NCBI GenBank assembly: GCA_046758705.1
Contig: JBHIAT010000024.1
Location: 1 to 30,211, forward strand
Reading direction: 5' to 3'
Length of the DNA stretch: 30,211 nt
Source: Candidatus Bipolaricaulia bacterium
GTDB lineage: Bacteria > Bipolaricaulota > Bipolaricaulia > JBHIAT01
Shown: piece after piece, positions 19,211 through 27,935 of the stretch
Numbering within the stretch: the stretch's first letter is position 1
Layout of the letters: each line of letters begins with the position of its first letter
Notes under the pieces: model-generated
The model's database searches: none
What the model saw: only the letters and a program-made list of their open reading frames with translations
Told to the model about the DNA's origin: nothing
Made by a program: the position numbers and the translations under genes

Positions 19211-19645
19211 ATGTTAACAGAAGAAAACAAAGCCAAGGCCCGTCGTTTCTACGAGGAGGTTTTTAACCAGAGGAATGTGGATGCAGTAGATGAGTTTGTC
19301 GCCGCTGACTTTGTCGACCACAATCCCGGTCCCGAACAGGCGCCCGGCCGCGAGGGCCTCAAACGAAGCTTTGCGCGGACCATCACCACCTTCCCCGACC
19401 TACATGTCACGGTTGAGGACATGGTTACTGAAGGGGACAAGATCACGACTCGCGTGACATTTCGCGGCACACATGACGGTGAGTTCGAGGGCACTCCCGC
19501 GACCGGCAAGCCGATGACGATAACAGGGATCGACATCGTCCGCATCGAGGACGACAAGACCGTGGAACGCTGGGGCAACTTTGACGAGTTGGGCATGCTG
19601 CAACAGCTCGGCATTATTCCTCTGCCAGGAGAAGGCGGGGGGTAA
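19211..19645 (+). CDS. SnoaL-like ester cyclase (NTF2 fold)
   Basis: Motifs EENKAKARRFYEEV, FPDLHVTVEDM, GTHxGxFxGxPATGK and ERWGNFDELGMLQQLG. SD precedes the ATG at 19211. Confidence 0.9.
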   Translation: MLTEENKAKARRFYEEVFNQRNVDAVDEFVAADFVDHNPGPEQAPGREGLKRSFARTITTFPDLHVTVEDMVTEGDKITTRVTFRGTHDGEFEGTPATGKPMTITGIDIVRIEDDKTVERWGNFDELGMLQQLGIIPLPGEGGG

Positions 19646-19696
19646 TCCTTGGAATCCACTCTATACGATGAAAAACTGGTGTAGGAGGCAATTCCG

Positions 19697-20665
19697 ATGA
19701 AAGCAGTGCGTGTGCACGAGTACGGTGGCCCCGAAGTCCTAAACTACGAGGAAGCCCCGCTTCCCGAACCCGACGAAGGCCAAGCCCGGGTGAAGATCGA
19801 GGCGGCGGGCGTCAACTTTATCGACATCTATCACCGCACCGGCCAATACCCCACTGACCCACCGGTTACGATCGGCATGGAAGCCGCGGGTGTGGTGGAT
19901 GCCGTCGCCCCCGGAGTTTCAGAAGTTAACGAAGGAGACCGCGTCGCTTATGCGATGCAACTGGGTTCCTACGCGGAGTATGCCGTCGTCCCGGCCTGGA
20001 AACTCGTGCCCATATCGGAGCACCTGGACACTCAGCAAGCGGCGGCAGTGATACTGCAGGGGCTGACCGCCCACTATCTCACCCAAAGCACTTACCCGAT
20101 CCAATCGGGAGAGGTGGCCTTGATTCACGCGGCCGCCGGTGGCGTCGGTCAGTTACTGGTCCAAATGGCAAAGCGGAACGGGGCACGGGTCATCGGCACG
20201 GTCTCGACCGAGGAGAAGGCGCGCCTGACCAGAGAGGTCGGTGCCGACGAGGTGATCCTTTATACTCAGAACGACTTTGAACAGGAAACCAAATATCTGA
20301 CCAATGGACGGGGAGTCGACGTCGTCTATGAATCCGTCGGCAAGGCGACCTTCGACAAGAGCTTGAACTGTCTGAGACCTCGGGGATACCTGGTTCTCTA
20401 CGGTCAGGCGAGTGGAGCCGTGCCGCCGCTCGATCCACAAACTCTCAACAGAAAGGGTTCGCTGTTTCTGACCCGTCCTAACCTGTCCGATTATGCGGTT
20501 GACCGAACGGAGTTGTTAAAGCGGGCCAACGACCTATTCGATTGGATGGCCGCCGGTGAACTCCAGGTGCGGATCGATCAGACCTTCCCGCTTGCCGAGG
20601 CCGCCGAAGCGCACCGATACCTGGAAGATCGCAAGACAAAAGGAAAAGTCCTGTTGATCCCTTAA
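19697..20665 (+). CDS. qor: NADPH:quinone oxidoreductase (zeta-crystallin type)
   Basis: Motifs [37 protein letters not shown] and KGSLFLTRP. Confidence 0.92.
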   Translation: MKAVRVHEYGGPEVLNYEEAPLPEPDEGQARVKIEAAGVNFIDIYHRTGQYPTDPPVTIGMEAAGVVDAVAPGVSEVNEGDRVAYAMQLGSYAEYAVVPAWKLVPISEHLDTQQAAAVILQGLTAHYLTQSTYPIQSGEVALIHAAAGGVGQLLVQMAKRNGARVIGTVSTEEKARLTREVGADEVILYTQNDFEQETKYLTNGRGVDVVYESVGKATFDKSLNCLRPRGYLVLYGQASGAVPPLDPQTLNRKGSLFLTRPNLSDYAVDRTELLKRANDLFDWMAAGELQVRIDQTFPLAEAAEAHRYLEDRKTKGKVLLIP

Positions 20666-20692
20666 AACCGAACACGCTAATTAGTAGTCAAT

Positions 20693-21865
20693 TCACGGGA
20701 TGACCAACCACTCCCCGACGCGTAGGAATCTCGGGTTGTTTACATCGATCCCATTCGCCTGAGCGATCTCCATCCACCTTGTTCCGTTTCCGTAGAACTG
20801 CTGTGCGATCTCCCACAGCGTATCGTCCGCTTGCACCGTATAGACCGTGGGCAGCGTTCTGCCTTTGATACCGACCTCCTTTTTCAGCACGCCGGGATTG
20901 GGCTGGCCACCCGCCTGAGCCGACCCGAGAGCAAAGTTGGTGATGTACAGTGTGCTATCATCTGTCGTGCTCACACCGAAGTCCAAGCTGGCAGGAAAGT
21001 CCAGAAGCTTTCCTGAGTCCATGACGGTGACCCGCTTGTTTCGACCCACCCTCACCAGCATGTTGAGGGCGTTGACCGCCGCGTAGAGGTTGCCCCGACT
21101 ATCGATGGTAAGGCCATCGGCCCCTTTCAGGATGGTGCAGTTCGGCCCTACGAAGACCTCCGGCGTCCCTGCCGTCCCGTCGCGCATCACCGGGATGCGC
21201 ACCACGGTGCCATGGTCGGTATTGAGCACGAAAAGACTTCCTCGACCATCGAAGGCCAGCCCATTGGCGCCAATATCAAAATCCAGCCCTGCCGGCGGGC
21301 AGGCGTTGCGATCCCCCTGAAGCAGGGGAGACTGCACCCACGGACTGACACTTCCATCGGAACTCACCTTGAACACCGTCGCCGCGAACGTGTCGGTGAC
21401 GAACAGGTTTCCACGGTCGTCAAAGACCAAGTCGTTGGGGAAGAGCATCGCCTCGTCCGAGGCGAACAGGGCCGCCGAACCGCCCCCGGCGGGCACGCGG
21501 TAGATGCCGGTCCGGACCTGTGGTGTGAATGAGGCCAGGTTCACGTACAGGTTGCCGTTGGCGTCCAACGCCATGCCGACCATGAACCCCTCACCCGGCG
21601 GAGCTTGAGGCAATTGTCCGTAGAGGCTGGCCTGTCCATCATCGAGGTTGATGCGGAAGACCTGGCTGGTGGGAGCCATGCCCACGTAGATGGCATCCTC
21701 AGCCACGGCGATCCCCTCAGGGAGCTGCCCTTGTGCGGGATCGAGCTCTATGACAAAGCTCAACGGGCCGACCTGCGCTGCGGTGTAAGCAGAGGTCACC
21801 GCAAGACCTGCCACCAGGAGCAAACCGACGAGACACAATCGGGTGAAAAACTGAAACTGATCCAT
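20693..21865 (-). CDS. Secreted SMP-30/gluconolactonase-family beta-propeller with a C-terminal LysM domain
   Basis: Signal peptide; PEGIA, PNDLVFD, GANGLAFD and GADGLTID; C-terminal LysM YTVQADDTLWEIAQQFYG...W..IA.AN.I. Confidence 0.85.
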   Translation of the reverse strand: MDQFQFFTRLCLVGLLLVAGLAVTSAYTAAQVGPLSFVIELDPAQGQLPEGIAVAEDAIYVGMAPTSQVFRINLDDGQASLYGQLPQAPPGEGFMVGMALDANGNLYVNLASFTPQVRTGIYRVPAGGGSAALFASDEAMLFPNDLVFDDRGNLFVTDTFAATVFKVSSDGSVSPWVQSPLLQGDRNACPPAGLDFDIGANGLAFDGRGSLFVLNTDHGTVVRIPVMRDGTAGTPEVFVGPNCTILKGADGLTIDSRGNLYAAVNALNMLVRVGRNKRVTVMDSGKLLDFPASLDFGVSTTDDSTLYITNFALGSAQAGGQPNPGVLKKEVGIKGRTLPTVYTVQADDTLWEIAQQFYGNGTRWMEIAQANGIDVNNPRFLRVGEWLVIP

Positions 21866-21903
21866 CTTTAATAACCTCCTTCAGGTTTTGACTCCTGAAA
21901 ATC

Positions 21904-21981
21904 ATGATATCCGGATTACCGTCCAAAGTACAAGAAAAAGACCAAGTAACAATCCCTGCAGAGATCCGCTTTCAGCCTTGA
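21904..21981 (+). pseudogene. AbrB/MazE/SpoVT antitoxin N-terminal remnant
   Basis: Reads MISGLPSKVQEKDQVTIPAEIRFQP*, matching the AbrB motif KVxxKGQVTIPxEIR with a G-to-D change. Truncated. Confidence 0.6.
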
Positions 21982-22035
21982 ACAAATCATCAAGGGCCAG
22001 TTCGGCTACGATTCATAATAGTATTTTTACCAAAC

Positions 22036-22091
22036 TTTACAAACTAGTTCTTACCATGTATAGTATTTATCGAATGACGATTGTAATACTA
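22036..22091 (+). promoter_or_regulatory. Sigma70 promoter and putative operator of the RHH-MazF operon
   Basis: TTTACA (22036-22041)-N17-TATAGT (22059-22064), overlapped by the inverted repeat TAGTATT (22061-22067)...AATACTA (22085-22091). Confidence 0.6.
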
Positions 22092-22102
22092 GAGGTGATA
22101 CG

Positions 22103-22369
22103 ATGAAGACGATCACGGTGAAAGTCAACGATGCACTCGCTGAACAGATTGAACGACTCCAGCAAGAGGCTCACTATTCCAGCAAGAGTGAAGTCATACG
22201 TGAGGCGGTAAGAGCCTTGGTGATCGAGTTTCAGAAACAGAAACTGGAAACCAATCTGCAAAGGTATCTTGAGGATGAAGAAGCTTTAGCGGAGGCTGCG
22301 GATGTTGTAGAGGGACGTATCGCTGCCACGGAGGAAGCTCTGAAGCGAGCGGAGCATGAGGCAGGTTAG
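22103..22369 (+). CDS. Ribbon-helix-helix (CopG-type) antitoxin
   Basis: MKTITVKV beta strand, SKSEVIREAVR helix and acidic C-terminus. Lies directly upstream of the toxin. Confidence 0.85.
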   Translation: MKTITVKVNDALAEQIERLQQEAHYSSKSEVIREAVRALVIEFQKQKLETNLQRYLEDEEALAEAADVVEGRIAATEEALKRAEHEAG

Positions 22370-22374
22370 GCATA

Positions 22375-22740
22375 ATGCAGATGCCCACGGTGAGACGTGG
22401 CGATGTTTATCACATCTACTTCGGTTCGAGGAAGGGACACGAACAAGAGGGCTTGCGATCCGCCATCGTTGTTCAGGCCGATCTGTATTGTGAATTATCT
22501 ATACTATGGGTTATCCCTACCTCTTCCAGTGTCCGAGGTGATATCGACTTTCATGTCCCGGTCACAATCCAGGGACAGCACACCTTCGCCCTAATTGAGC
22601 AACTGACCACCGTGGATAAAGAGCGACGCATCAGGGCCAACCGCTATCTCGATCACCTCTCGCAAGCGGAAATGGAAGAGATCGATAGGATGATGCGCAT
22701 CTTCGCAGGGCTTGATCCCGACCTCGGAGTACATTTCTGA
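22375..22740 (+). CDS. mazF: PemK/MazF-family endoribonuclease toxin
   Basis: Motifs RRGDVY, GHEQEGLRSAIVVQ, VIPTSS and EQLTTVDKER. Confidence 0.85.
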   Translation: MQMPTVRRGDVYHIYFGSRKGHEQEGLRSAIVVQADLYCELSILWVIPTSSSVRGDIDFHVPVTIQGQHTFALIEQLTTVDKERRIRANRYLDHLSQAEMEEIDRMMRIFAGLDPDLGVHF

Positions 22741-22784
22741 ATATTTAGGGATGCAGAACGCATAAAGATACTGTCATCCTAGGG

Positions 22785-23012
22785 GTGATCCTTCGGGAGA
22801 GGATGAAGATGAGGCGGTATTCCTTATGGGCAAAAATGATCCTGGGCTCTGTGTTTGGAGCTTCCCTCGGTTTTGTGGGTGCGCTCGTTCTTTCTCGTGC
22901 TCTCTCCGTCGTGGCACCGTCAGCGGGTCCTAGCGCCCTGGATTTATGGGGGATAGTGGTTGCGAGTACAGTTGTTGGAATGTTTCTGGCAGTGTGGCTT
23001 TCGCGACCTTAA
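22785..23012 (+). CDS. Small two-TM membrane protein
   Basis: Two hydrophobic stretches. GGAGAGG precedes internal ATGs, so the start may be ~22803/22809. Confidence 0.55.
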   Translation: MILRERMKMRRYSLWAKMILGSVFGASLGFVGALVLSRALSVVAPSAGPSALDLWGIVVASTVVGMFLAVWLSRP

Positions 23013-23026
23013 GTCAAACCGAGGAA

Positions 23027-23632
23027 CTAGTAGCTGTTGTAAAACAACCACTCCTTTTCGGTGTTGCTGTAACGGAACGCCACCGTTATTTTTAGCACTT
23101 CCTGGACGTATCGTTCTTGATGGGAAGAGTGGTTGTAATAGGCAATTCCCTCCAGGAGCCCGTAATTATCGATGTTGTATTGGAGCCACGTGCCCGCGAA
23201 CAGGAACTGAAATTTGATGTCGCGATGGAACGCATCAGGTTCGACAGAGATGTTGAGCAGCCGGCTGACCACCTGGATCGTCTCCGGCATCATCTGACAG
23301 TAGCCGACTTCGCCGGCGGCACCCGGACGATTCCTGAATTCGTTCTCCCGGGCACAGACGGCGGCCAGCAGCCAAGGATCGATCCCCGCTTGCTCCCAGG
23401 CTTCCCAGATCCCCTGGATGATCTCAATCGGCCGGACAGGGTTCAAGCGGAATAGATCGGGGTAGTAGGCGTAGATGACAATTGTCATACGGGATTCAAA
23501 CTCTTCGTAGTCGTAGCCGTAACCAGAGACGGAGGCGATGATTGTGACGGCCATCATCATCACGATGAAGCGGATAGCATAAATGGAGCAAAAAATCTTC
23601 GCATCAATCACCTGGGGAAGCATCATGATCAA
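23027..23632 (-). CDS. Lytic transglycosylase (SLT domain) with an N-terminal TM
   Basis: GIDPWLLAAVCAREN (catalytic Glu), GEVGYCQMMPET, YYN and ERYVQEVL. Start uncertain. Confidence 0.75.
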   Translation of the reverse strand: MIMMLPQVIDAKIFCSIYAIRFIVMMMAVTIIASVSGYGYDYEEFESRMTIVIYAYYPDLFRLNPVRPIEIIQGIWEAWEQAGIDPWLLAAVCARENEFRNRPGAAGEVGYCQMMPETIQVVSRLLNISVEPDAFHRDIKFQFLFAGTWLQYNIDNYGLLEGIAYYNHSSHQERYVQEVLKITVAFRYSNTEKEWLFYNSY

Positions 23633-23834
23633 CCCACGGGGCCACTTCCGGACACGGCTCCGGCGTCCATTCCGACTGCTGCAAAGGTGGGACTCATCGG
23701 GCGCAGGTTACGACAGCAATAGCACCGTTATAAGTCTTTTCACCTTTTGTGACCTCTCGTCTTTTTTGTGAATATAGAGCAAGGGAGGGAACACCTCCTA
23801 CCATTTTGGGCTTCTTTTTTATTTTTAACTATTA

Positions 23835-23864
23835 AATATACCACAAAAAGTAGGTAGCTGTCAA
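23835..23864 (-). promoter_or_regulatory. Sigma70 promoter upstream of the SLT gene
   Basis: Minus strand TTGACA-N18-TATATT with an extended TG element. Confidence 0.55.
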
Positions 23865-23911
23865 ATCGATCAGATAGACTGCAGTTTGCCATAATAGTAT
23901 TTTTACTATAT

Positions 23912-24108
23912 ACCCGTGATGTGAATTATGACATACCTATACCCTGAAATAGACAGAAGGTGTCCACCGACGTATCCTGTTTATCAAACCGTTCAAGGAG
24001 ATGATAAACATGAACTACGTTCAGTTGGACACCTTCCTGACCACATTGTACGTCATCACAGACGACCTTTACAACTGCTGTTGTTTGTCGATGAAAGCGC
24101 GCTGGTGA
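23912..24108 (+). mobile_element. IS982-family left-end and transposase N-terminal remnant
   Basis: Begins ACCCG (IS982 ends start with ACCC). AAGGAG precedes ORF 24001-24108, MINMNYVQLDTFLTTLYVITDDLY, resembling IS982 transposase N-termini. Truncated. Confidence 0.6.
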
Positions 24109-24227
24109 AAGCGCGCTGATGGAGGTGGCGCTCTAATCACCGACCGTGGATGACCCCCTGGGCCAGGGCATCAAAATCAAGACCTGAGACCACTATCAGG
24201 GCAACCAAACCAGCAACGGTCATCACC

Positions 24228-24346
24228 ATCGAGCTTATCCAGGCGAAGCTCGGTCACTCAGCACCCAGCATCACCCGGCGGTATATCGGCATCACCCAGG
24301 ATGAGATAATGAGATAAGCGATGTGGAGGAGCAGGTCGTGTTATGA
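24228..24346 (+). pseudogene. Tyrosine recombinase/integrase C-terminal remnant
   Basis: IELIQAKLGHSAPSITRRYIGITQDEI contains the box II LGH...T..Y. An 8-bp duplication (ATGAGATA) frameshifts the tail SDVEEQVVL*. Confidence 0.75.
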
Positions 24347-24405
24347 CAGGCCGACAAGTGGAGGGGCCATGTGATCCACTTGGATACTGAAGACGGGCAG
24401 TCCGC

Positions 24406-24966
24406 TCAGTCAGCAGGAGACGCCCCTTGCTCCTGCTCGTCCTTCCGTTCCCTCTTCCCAAAGACACATAAGAGGCCATAGAGGCTTTCCAGCTGGATCT
24501 CGTGACGTGCCCAAAGTTCCTTGGCACGCTCGGTGTGAAACGTCTCGAAGTCATTAGAAAGCACGATATAGGTTCCTTGAGGCTCCTCATGTTCGTTATT
24601 AGGCTCGACGTCCGGCTTGCTCAGGATGGCCGCAGCGATGATTGGTGTATCGTCTGGATCTGTACAGTAGGGCAGAACCTCATCGACTTCCTCCCGCGTT
24701 GGCCAGCGCGTGAACTGGTCCTCAAAGGGTTTGAGGAAGTGCTCGACGAGCTCCCGGTGCTCGGGCAAATCGCGGGCCACGACTTTGCGAAGTTCCTCAC
24801 CGGTGACTTGACTGAGGATCAACTCGAAGGCCCCTTGGTCATAGAGCTCCTTGACCTCCCCGGCCAAGGTGGGTCTCCCTCCACGATCGGTGGGGAAGAT
24901 GATCATGGCCAGCAGGGCATTGGTATCCGGAAACACCGAGATGGGTTCTATTGTTTCAGAACTCAC
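24406..24966 (-). CDS. PIN-domain protein (putative toxin)
   Basis: Acidic PIN residues in VFPDTNALL, EELR, DPDDTPIIAAA and VLSNDF. Confidence 0.82.
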   Translation of the reverse strand: MSSETIEPISVFPDTNALLAMIIFPTDRGGRPTLAGEVKELYDQGAFELILSQVTGEELRKVVARDLPEHRELVEHFLKPFEDQFTRWPTREEVDEVLPYCTDPDDTPIIAAAILSKPDVEPNNEHEEPQGTYIVLSNDFETFHTERAKELWARHEIQLESLYGLLCVFGKRERKDEQEQGASPAD

Positions 24967-24972
24967 CGTTGA

Positions 24973-25260
24973 TCAAGTGTAGCGTTCTTCCCTGAGCTGT
25001 TTACGGGCCGCCTTCACCGAGCGTTGGAGATCCTCCTCGGTGAGCCCCTTGGCCCGGACGGCCGGGGCCAGCAGTTCGCTCAGCAGCGATAGGGGGAAGC
25101 GGCCAGCCTGACGGGCTGACTTGAGTTCTTCGAGGTTAACCAAGCTCACATGGAGCAACATGCGGGCCAACACGGACGGTCCAATATCGAGGTCCTGGGC
25201 CAGCGCTCTGAGCTTCTGTTCGTCTTCCTCGCTCAGTTGCACGCTTAACACTTTGCTCAT
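24973..25260 (-). CDS. Putative antitoxin (RHH-like DNA-binding N-terminus)
   Basis: MSKVLSVQLSEEDEQKLRALA...PSVLARMLL, located 6 bp upstream of the PIN gene. Confidence 0.7.
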   Translation of the reverse strand: MSKVLSVQLSEEDEQKLRALAQDLDIGPSVLARMLLHVSLVNLEELKSARQAGRFPLSLLSELLAPAVRAKGLTEEDLQRSVKAARKQLREERYT

Positions 25261-25509
25261 GGAAATTCACCGTTTGTACAGCTTGAGATGCGAGTATATT
25301 CAGTGTATACATTGTATGACACAAGCGGGTAAACTTCAACGGGGCATATGTCAGTTGGCCGAGCCCGTGCGTGCTGGGCAGGAAAGCCGATCAGAGTACC
25401 AGTACGAGATAATGCTGCAATTCTTGACGTGAATCTACTTGGTACTCGAGTTTGGGTAGTTTTGAAGAAAATAATACCAAATATGTCAACACTCGAGGAT
25501 GAATATGAT

Positions 25510-25545
25510 ATAGAGTACCGAGAAGATTGAAACTCGGTACTCTAT
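25510..25545. repeat. Perfect 13-bp inverted repeat
   Basis: ATAGAGTACCGAG-N10-CTCGGTACTCTAT. Confidence 0.7.
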
Positions 25546-25615
25546 TCCTGACACCTTACACCCTTCAATCCTGGAAATTGACACCATTCTGATAAACCCA
25601 ATAGTATGAACAAAG

Positions 25616-25726
25616 ATGGGTAAGAAGTTGATGGAATGGGCTGCCTTACACCAGGACGAATTGATGCAAAATTGGACGCTTGCCCGACGGCAAGCACCCT
25701 TGAACAAGATTAAACCATTGGAGTGA
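25616..25726 (+). pseudogene. DUF4160 (DhiT-like) C-terminal remnant
   Basis: LMEWAALHQDELMQNWTLARRQAPLNKIKPLE* is the typical DUF4160 C-terminus. The N-terminal HxPPHFH half is missing. Confidence 0.75.
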
Positions 25727-25730
25727 TGTC

Positions 25731-26006
25731 ATGCTGAAAGATATTGTCGAAGTAAGACCATTAGAGGGCTATCGACTCTTTCTCCGCTTCGAGGATGACG
25801 TACAAGGGGAGATCGATCTTGCGGAGGTCATCAAGTTCGAGGGGGTGTTTGCCCCGCTAAAGGAGCGGGCTATCTTCGAACAGGTACAAATCCACTCGGA
25901 ACTGGGTACCATTTGCTGGCCGAATGGAGCCGATCTCGACCCAGACGTCCTCTATGCTCGGATCACCGGAAAGTCGCTCCCGGCGTTTGCGCAGAAGGTG
26001 AGCTAG
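25731..26006 (+). CDS. DUF2442 family protein (DhiA-like antitoxin)
   Basis: VRPLEGYRLFLRFEDD, GVFAPLK and GTICWPNGADLDPDVLY. Follows the DUF4160 remnant. Confidence 0.88.
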   Translation: MLKDIVEVRPLEGYRLFLRFEDDVQGEIDLAEVIKFEGVFAPLKERAIFEQVQIHSELGTICWPNGADLDPDVLYARITGKSLPAFAQKVS

Positions 26007-26076
26007 ATACAGGTGGCGAATTGGCCTGCCTCCTGTCTCCTAAGGCTTGACAGCACCACCCTGGGTAGTGGTATCG

Positions 26077-26200
26077 GTGACGACTCCCCATGAATGAATT
26101 CAGGGGCTTCTCAGTTCATCGCCCCAACCTCCATCGGGACTCCCTGAAGGCTCCGCCCGAGCCTCTGGATATTCACCGCCGCACTGTGATCATCGTCGGT
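26077..26200 (-). mobile_element. tnpB: IS200/IS605 tnpB 3' remnant with right-end hairpin (omega/reRNA region)
   Basis: Minus strand reads DDDHSAAVNIQRLGRSLQG...N* (RuvC-III DxNAAxNI-like), then GAAGCCCCTGAATTCATTCATGGGGAGTCGTCAC, a hairpin ending in TCAC. Confidence 0.75.
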
Positions 26201-26401
26201 GGGAATGGTCTTCTGCTGACCGGTGCGCAAGGTGTAAACAGGGTTTCCAAGAAGATCGTTGTTTTTTGCTCTGTTGCTATCGGGAACCCTGTAAACACAA
26301 ATCTTAGGGATTCCTCGTCGCAAGCTCCTTGAATTGACAACAACTGCGCAAGTCCTACAAGATTTACCTACTAAGCGACATCAGTGAAAGGAGTCTTGAT
26401 T

Positions 26402-27820
26402 ATGACAGTCAACCAAAAATATGATGCGATCATCATCGGATCCAGCCGGGCTACCATCTTTCTTAGCCAGGCGTTGGCCCAAGCAGGGCAGCGTACCGCT
26501 CTGATAGAACGGGAATACTTGGGAGGAACCTGCATTAATGTGGGTTGCACCCCAACCAAAACAATGGTTGCCAGCGCTCGGGTGGCTTATCTAGCCCACC
26601 GGGCCGCCGATTATGGTGTTCACACCGGCCCGGTCACCGTTAACCTGGCCGAAGTCAAGCAGCGGAAGGATGGTCTGGTAGAAATGCTTCGGAACTTCCC
26701 CCAGGGTTTGATTGAACAGACCGAAGGATTGGACTTTATCATGGGTGAGGCCAGTTTCACCGCTCCAAAGTCGGTCCAGGTGCAGCTGAACGATGGCCGC
26801 GTGACCCATCTCACCGCAGATACAATTATCATTGCCACGGGTGGCAGACCGGCTGTGCCTCCAGTACCTGGGCTGGATAAGGTGCCCATCTTGAACTCCT
26901 CCTCCGTTATGGAACTTGACACGCTTCCAGAACACTTGTTGGTGCTTGGTGGGGGGTACATTGGATTGGAATTTGGTCAAATGTTCCGTCGCTTTGGCAG
27001 CCAGGTGACCATTGTGGAGCTAGGCAAGCAGTTATTGAACCTGGAAGACCCCGACGTAGCCGAAGCGGTGGCCAAAATCCTGCGTGAAGACGGCATCGAG
27101 ATACTGCTGGAAGCCAATACACTGCAGGCAGAACAGACCGAGGCCGGACAGGTCCAACTGGCCATCAAAACCCTGGAAGGGGAACGTATGCTTACTGGGT
27201 CGCATTTGCTGGTGGCAGCAAGTCGTGTCCCCAACACCGACAGGCTAAACCTGGAGGCAGCTGGCGTTCAGACAGATGAACGCGGCTTTATCCGGGTCAC
27301 CGAGCGACTGGAGACCAATGTGCCAGGCATCTACGCTCTAGGTGATGTCAAGGGGGGACCAGCCTTCACCCACATCGCTTTCGATGACTTTCGCATCCTT
27401 CGAACTAACCTGGTTATGGGAGGAAAGGCCACCACAACGGGACGGTTGGTGCCCTACACTGTCTTTATTGACCCCCAATTGGGTCGAGTAGGACTGACCG
27501 AGACGGAGGCTCGGACCCGAGGACAAAATATTCGAGTGGCCAAATTGCCGATGAACTACATGGGTCCGACTCGAGCCCGAGAAGTGGATGAGACTCGGGG
27601 TTTTATGAAGGTCGTTGTAGACGCCGATACCCATCAGATTTTAGGAGCCGCAATTTTGGGCCTCGACGGGGGTGAAATAATGACGGTCTTGGAGGTAGCG
27701 ATGATGGGGAACCTGCCCTACACCGCTATTCGCGATGGAGTCTTTGCCCATCCGACCCTGGCCGAGTCGCTGAATGATCTATTTATGATGATGGATATGC
27801 AAATGCCAGAAGAAAGCTAA
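26402..27820 (+). CDS. Flavoprotein disulfide reductase (mercuric-reductase-like, RclA/YkgC type)
   Basis: Redox CxxxxC in GGTCINVGCTPTK, plus GGGYIGLE, GDVKGGPAFTH and FAHPT. No C-terminal Cys pair or NmerA domain. SD AAGGAG precedes the ATG at 26402. Confidence 0.88.
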   Translation: MTVNQKYDAIIIGSSRATIFLSQALAQAGQRTALIEREYLGGTCINVGCTPTKTMVASARVAYLAHRAADYGVHTGPVTVNLAEVKQRKDGLVEMLRNFPQGLIEQTEGLDFIMGEASFTAPKSVQVQLNDGRVTHLTADTIIIATGGRPAVPPVPGLDKVPILNSSSVMELDTLPEHLLVLGGGYIGLEFGQMFRRFGSQVTIVELGKQLLNLEDPDVAEAVAKILREDGIEILLEANTLQAEQTEAGQVQLAIKTLEGERMLTGSHLLVAASRVPNTDRLNLEAAGVQTDERGFIRVTERLETNVPGIYALGDVKGGPAFTHIAFDDFRILRTNLVMGGKATTTGRLVPYTVFIDPQLGRVGLTETEARTRGQNIRVAKLPMNYMGPTRAREVDETRGFMKVVVDADTHQILGAAILGLDGGEIMTVLEVAMMGNLPYTAIRDGVFAHPTLAESLNDLFMMMDMQMPEES

Positions 27821-27935
27821 TGACGACAGAATTTAGAAAGGAGTTAATAAATTATAAGCAGTGAGGCACTTCTTCAAAACCTCTTTAGGAATACCGGGCA
27901 GATTTGCGCGGAAATATACGATAAGGACTTCAGGT

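Noticed and set aside
23640..23800. Riboswitch (c-di-AMP/c-di-GMP) in the SLT leader
   Set aside because: No recognisable consensus motifs.
26402..27820. True mercuric reductase merA
   Set aside because: It lacks the C-terminal Cys-Cys pair and NmerA domain, and no merR/T/P genes are nearby.
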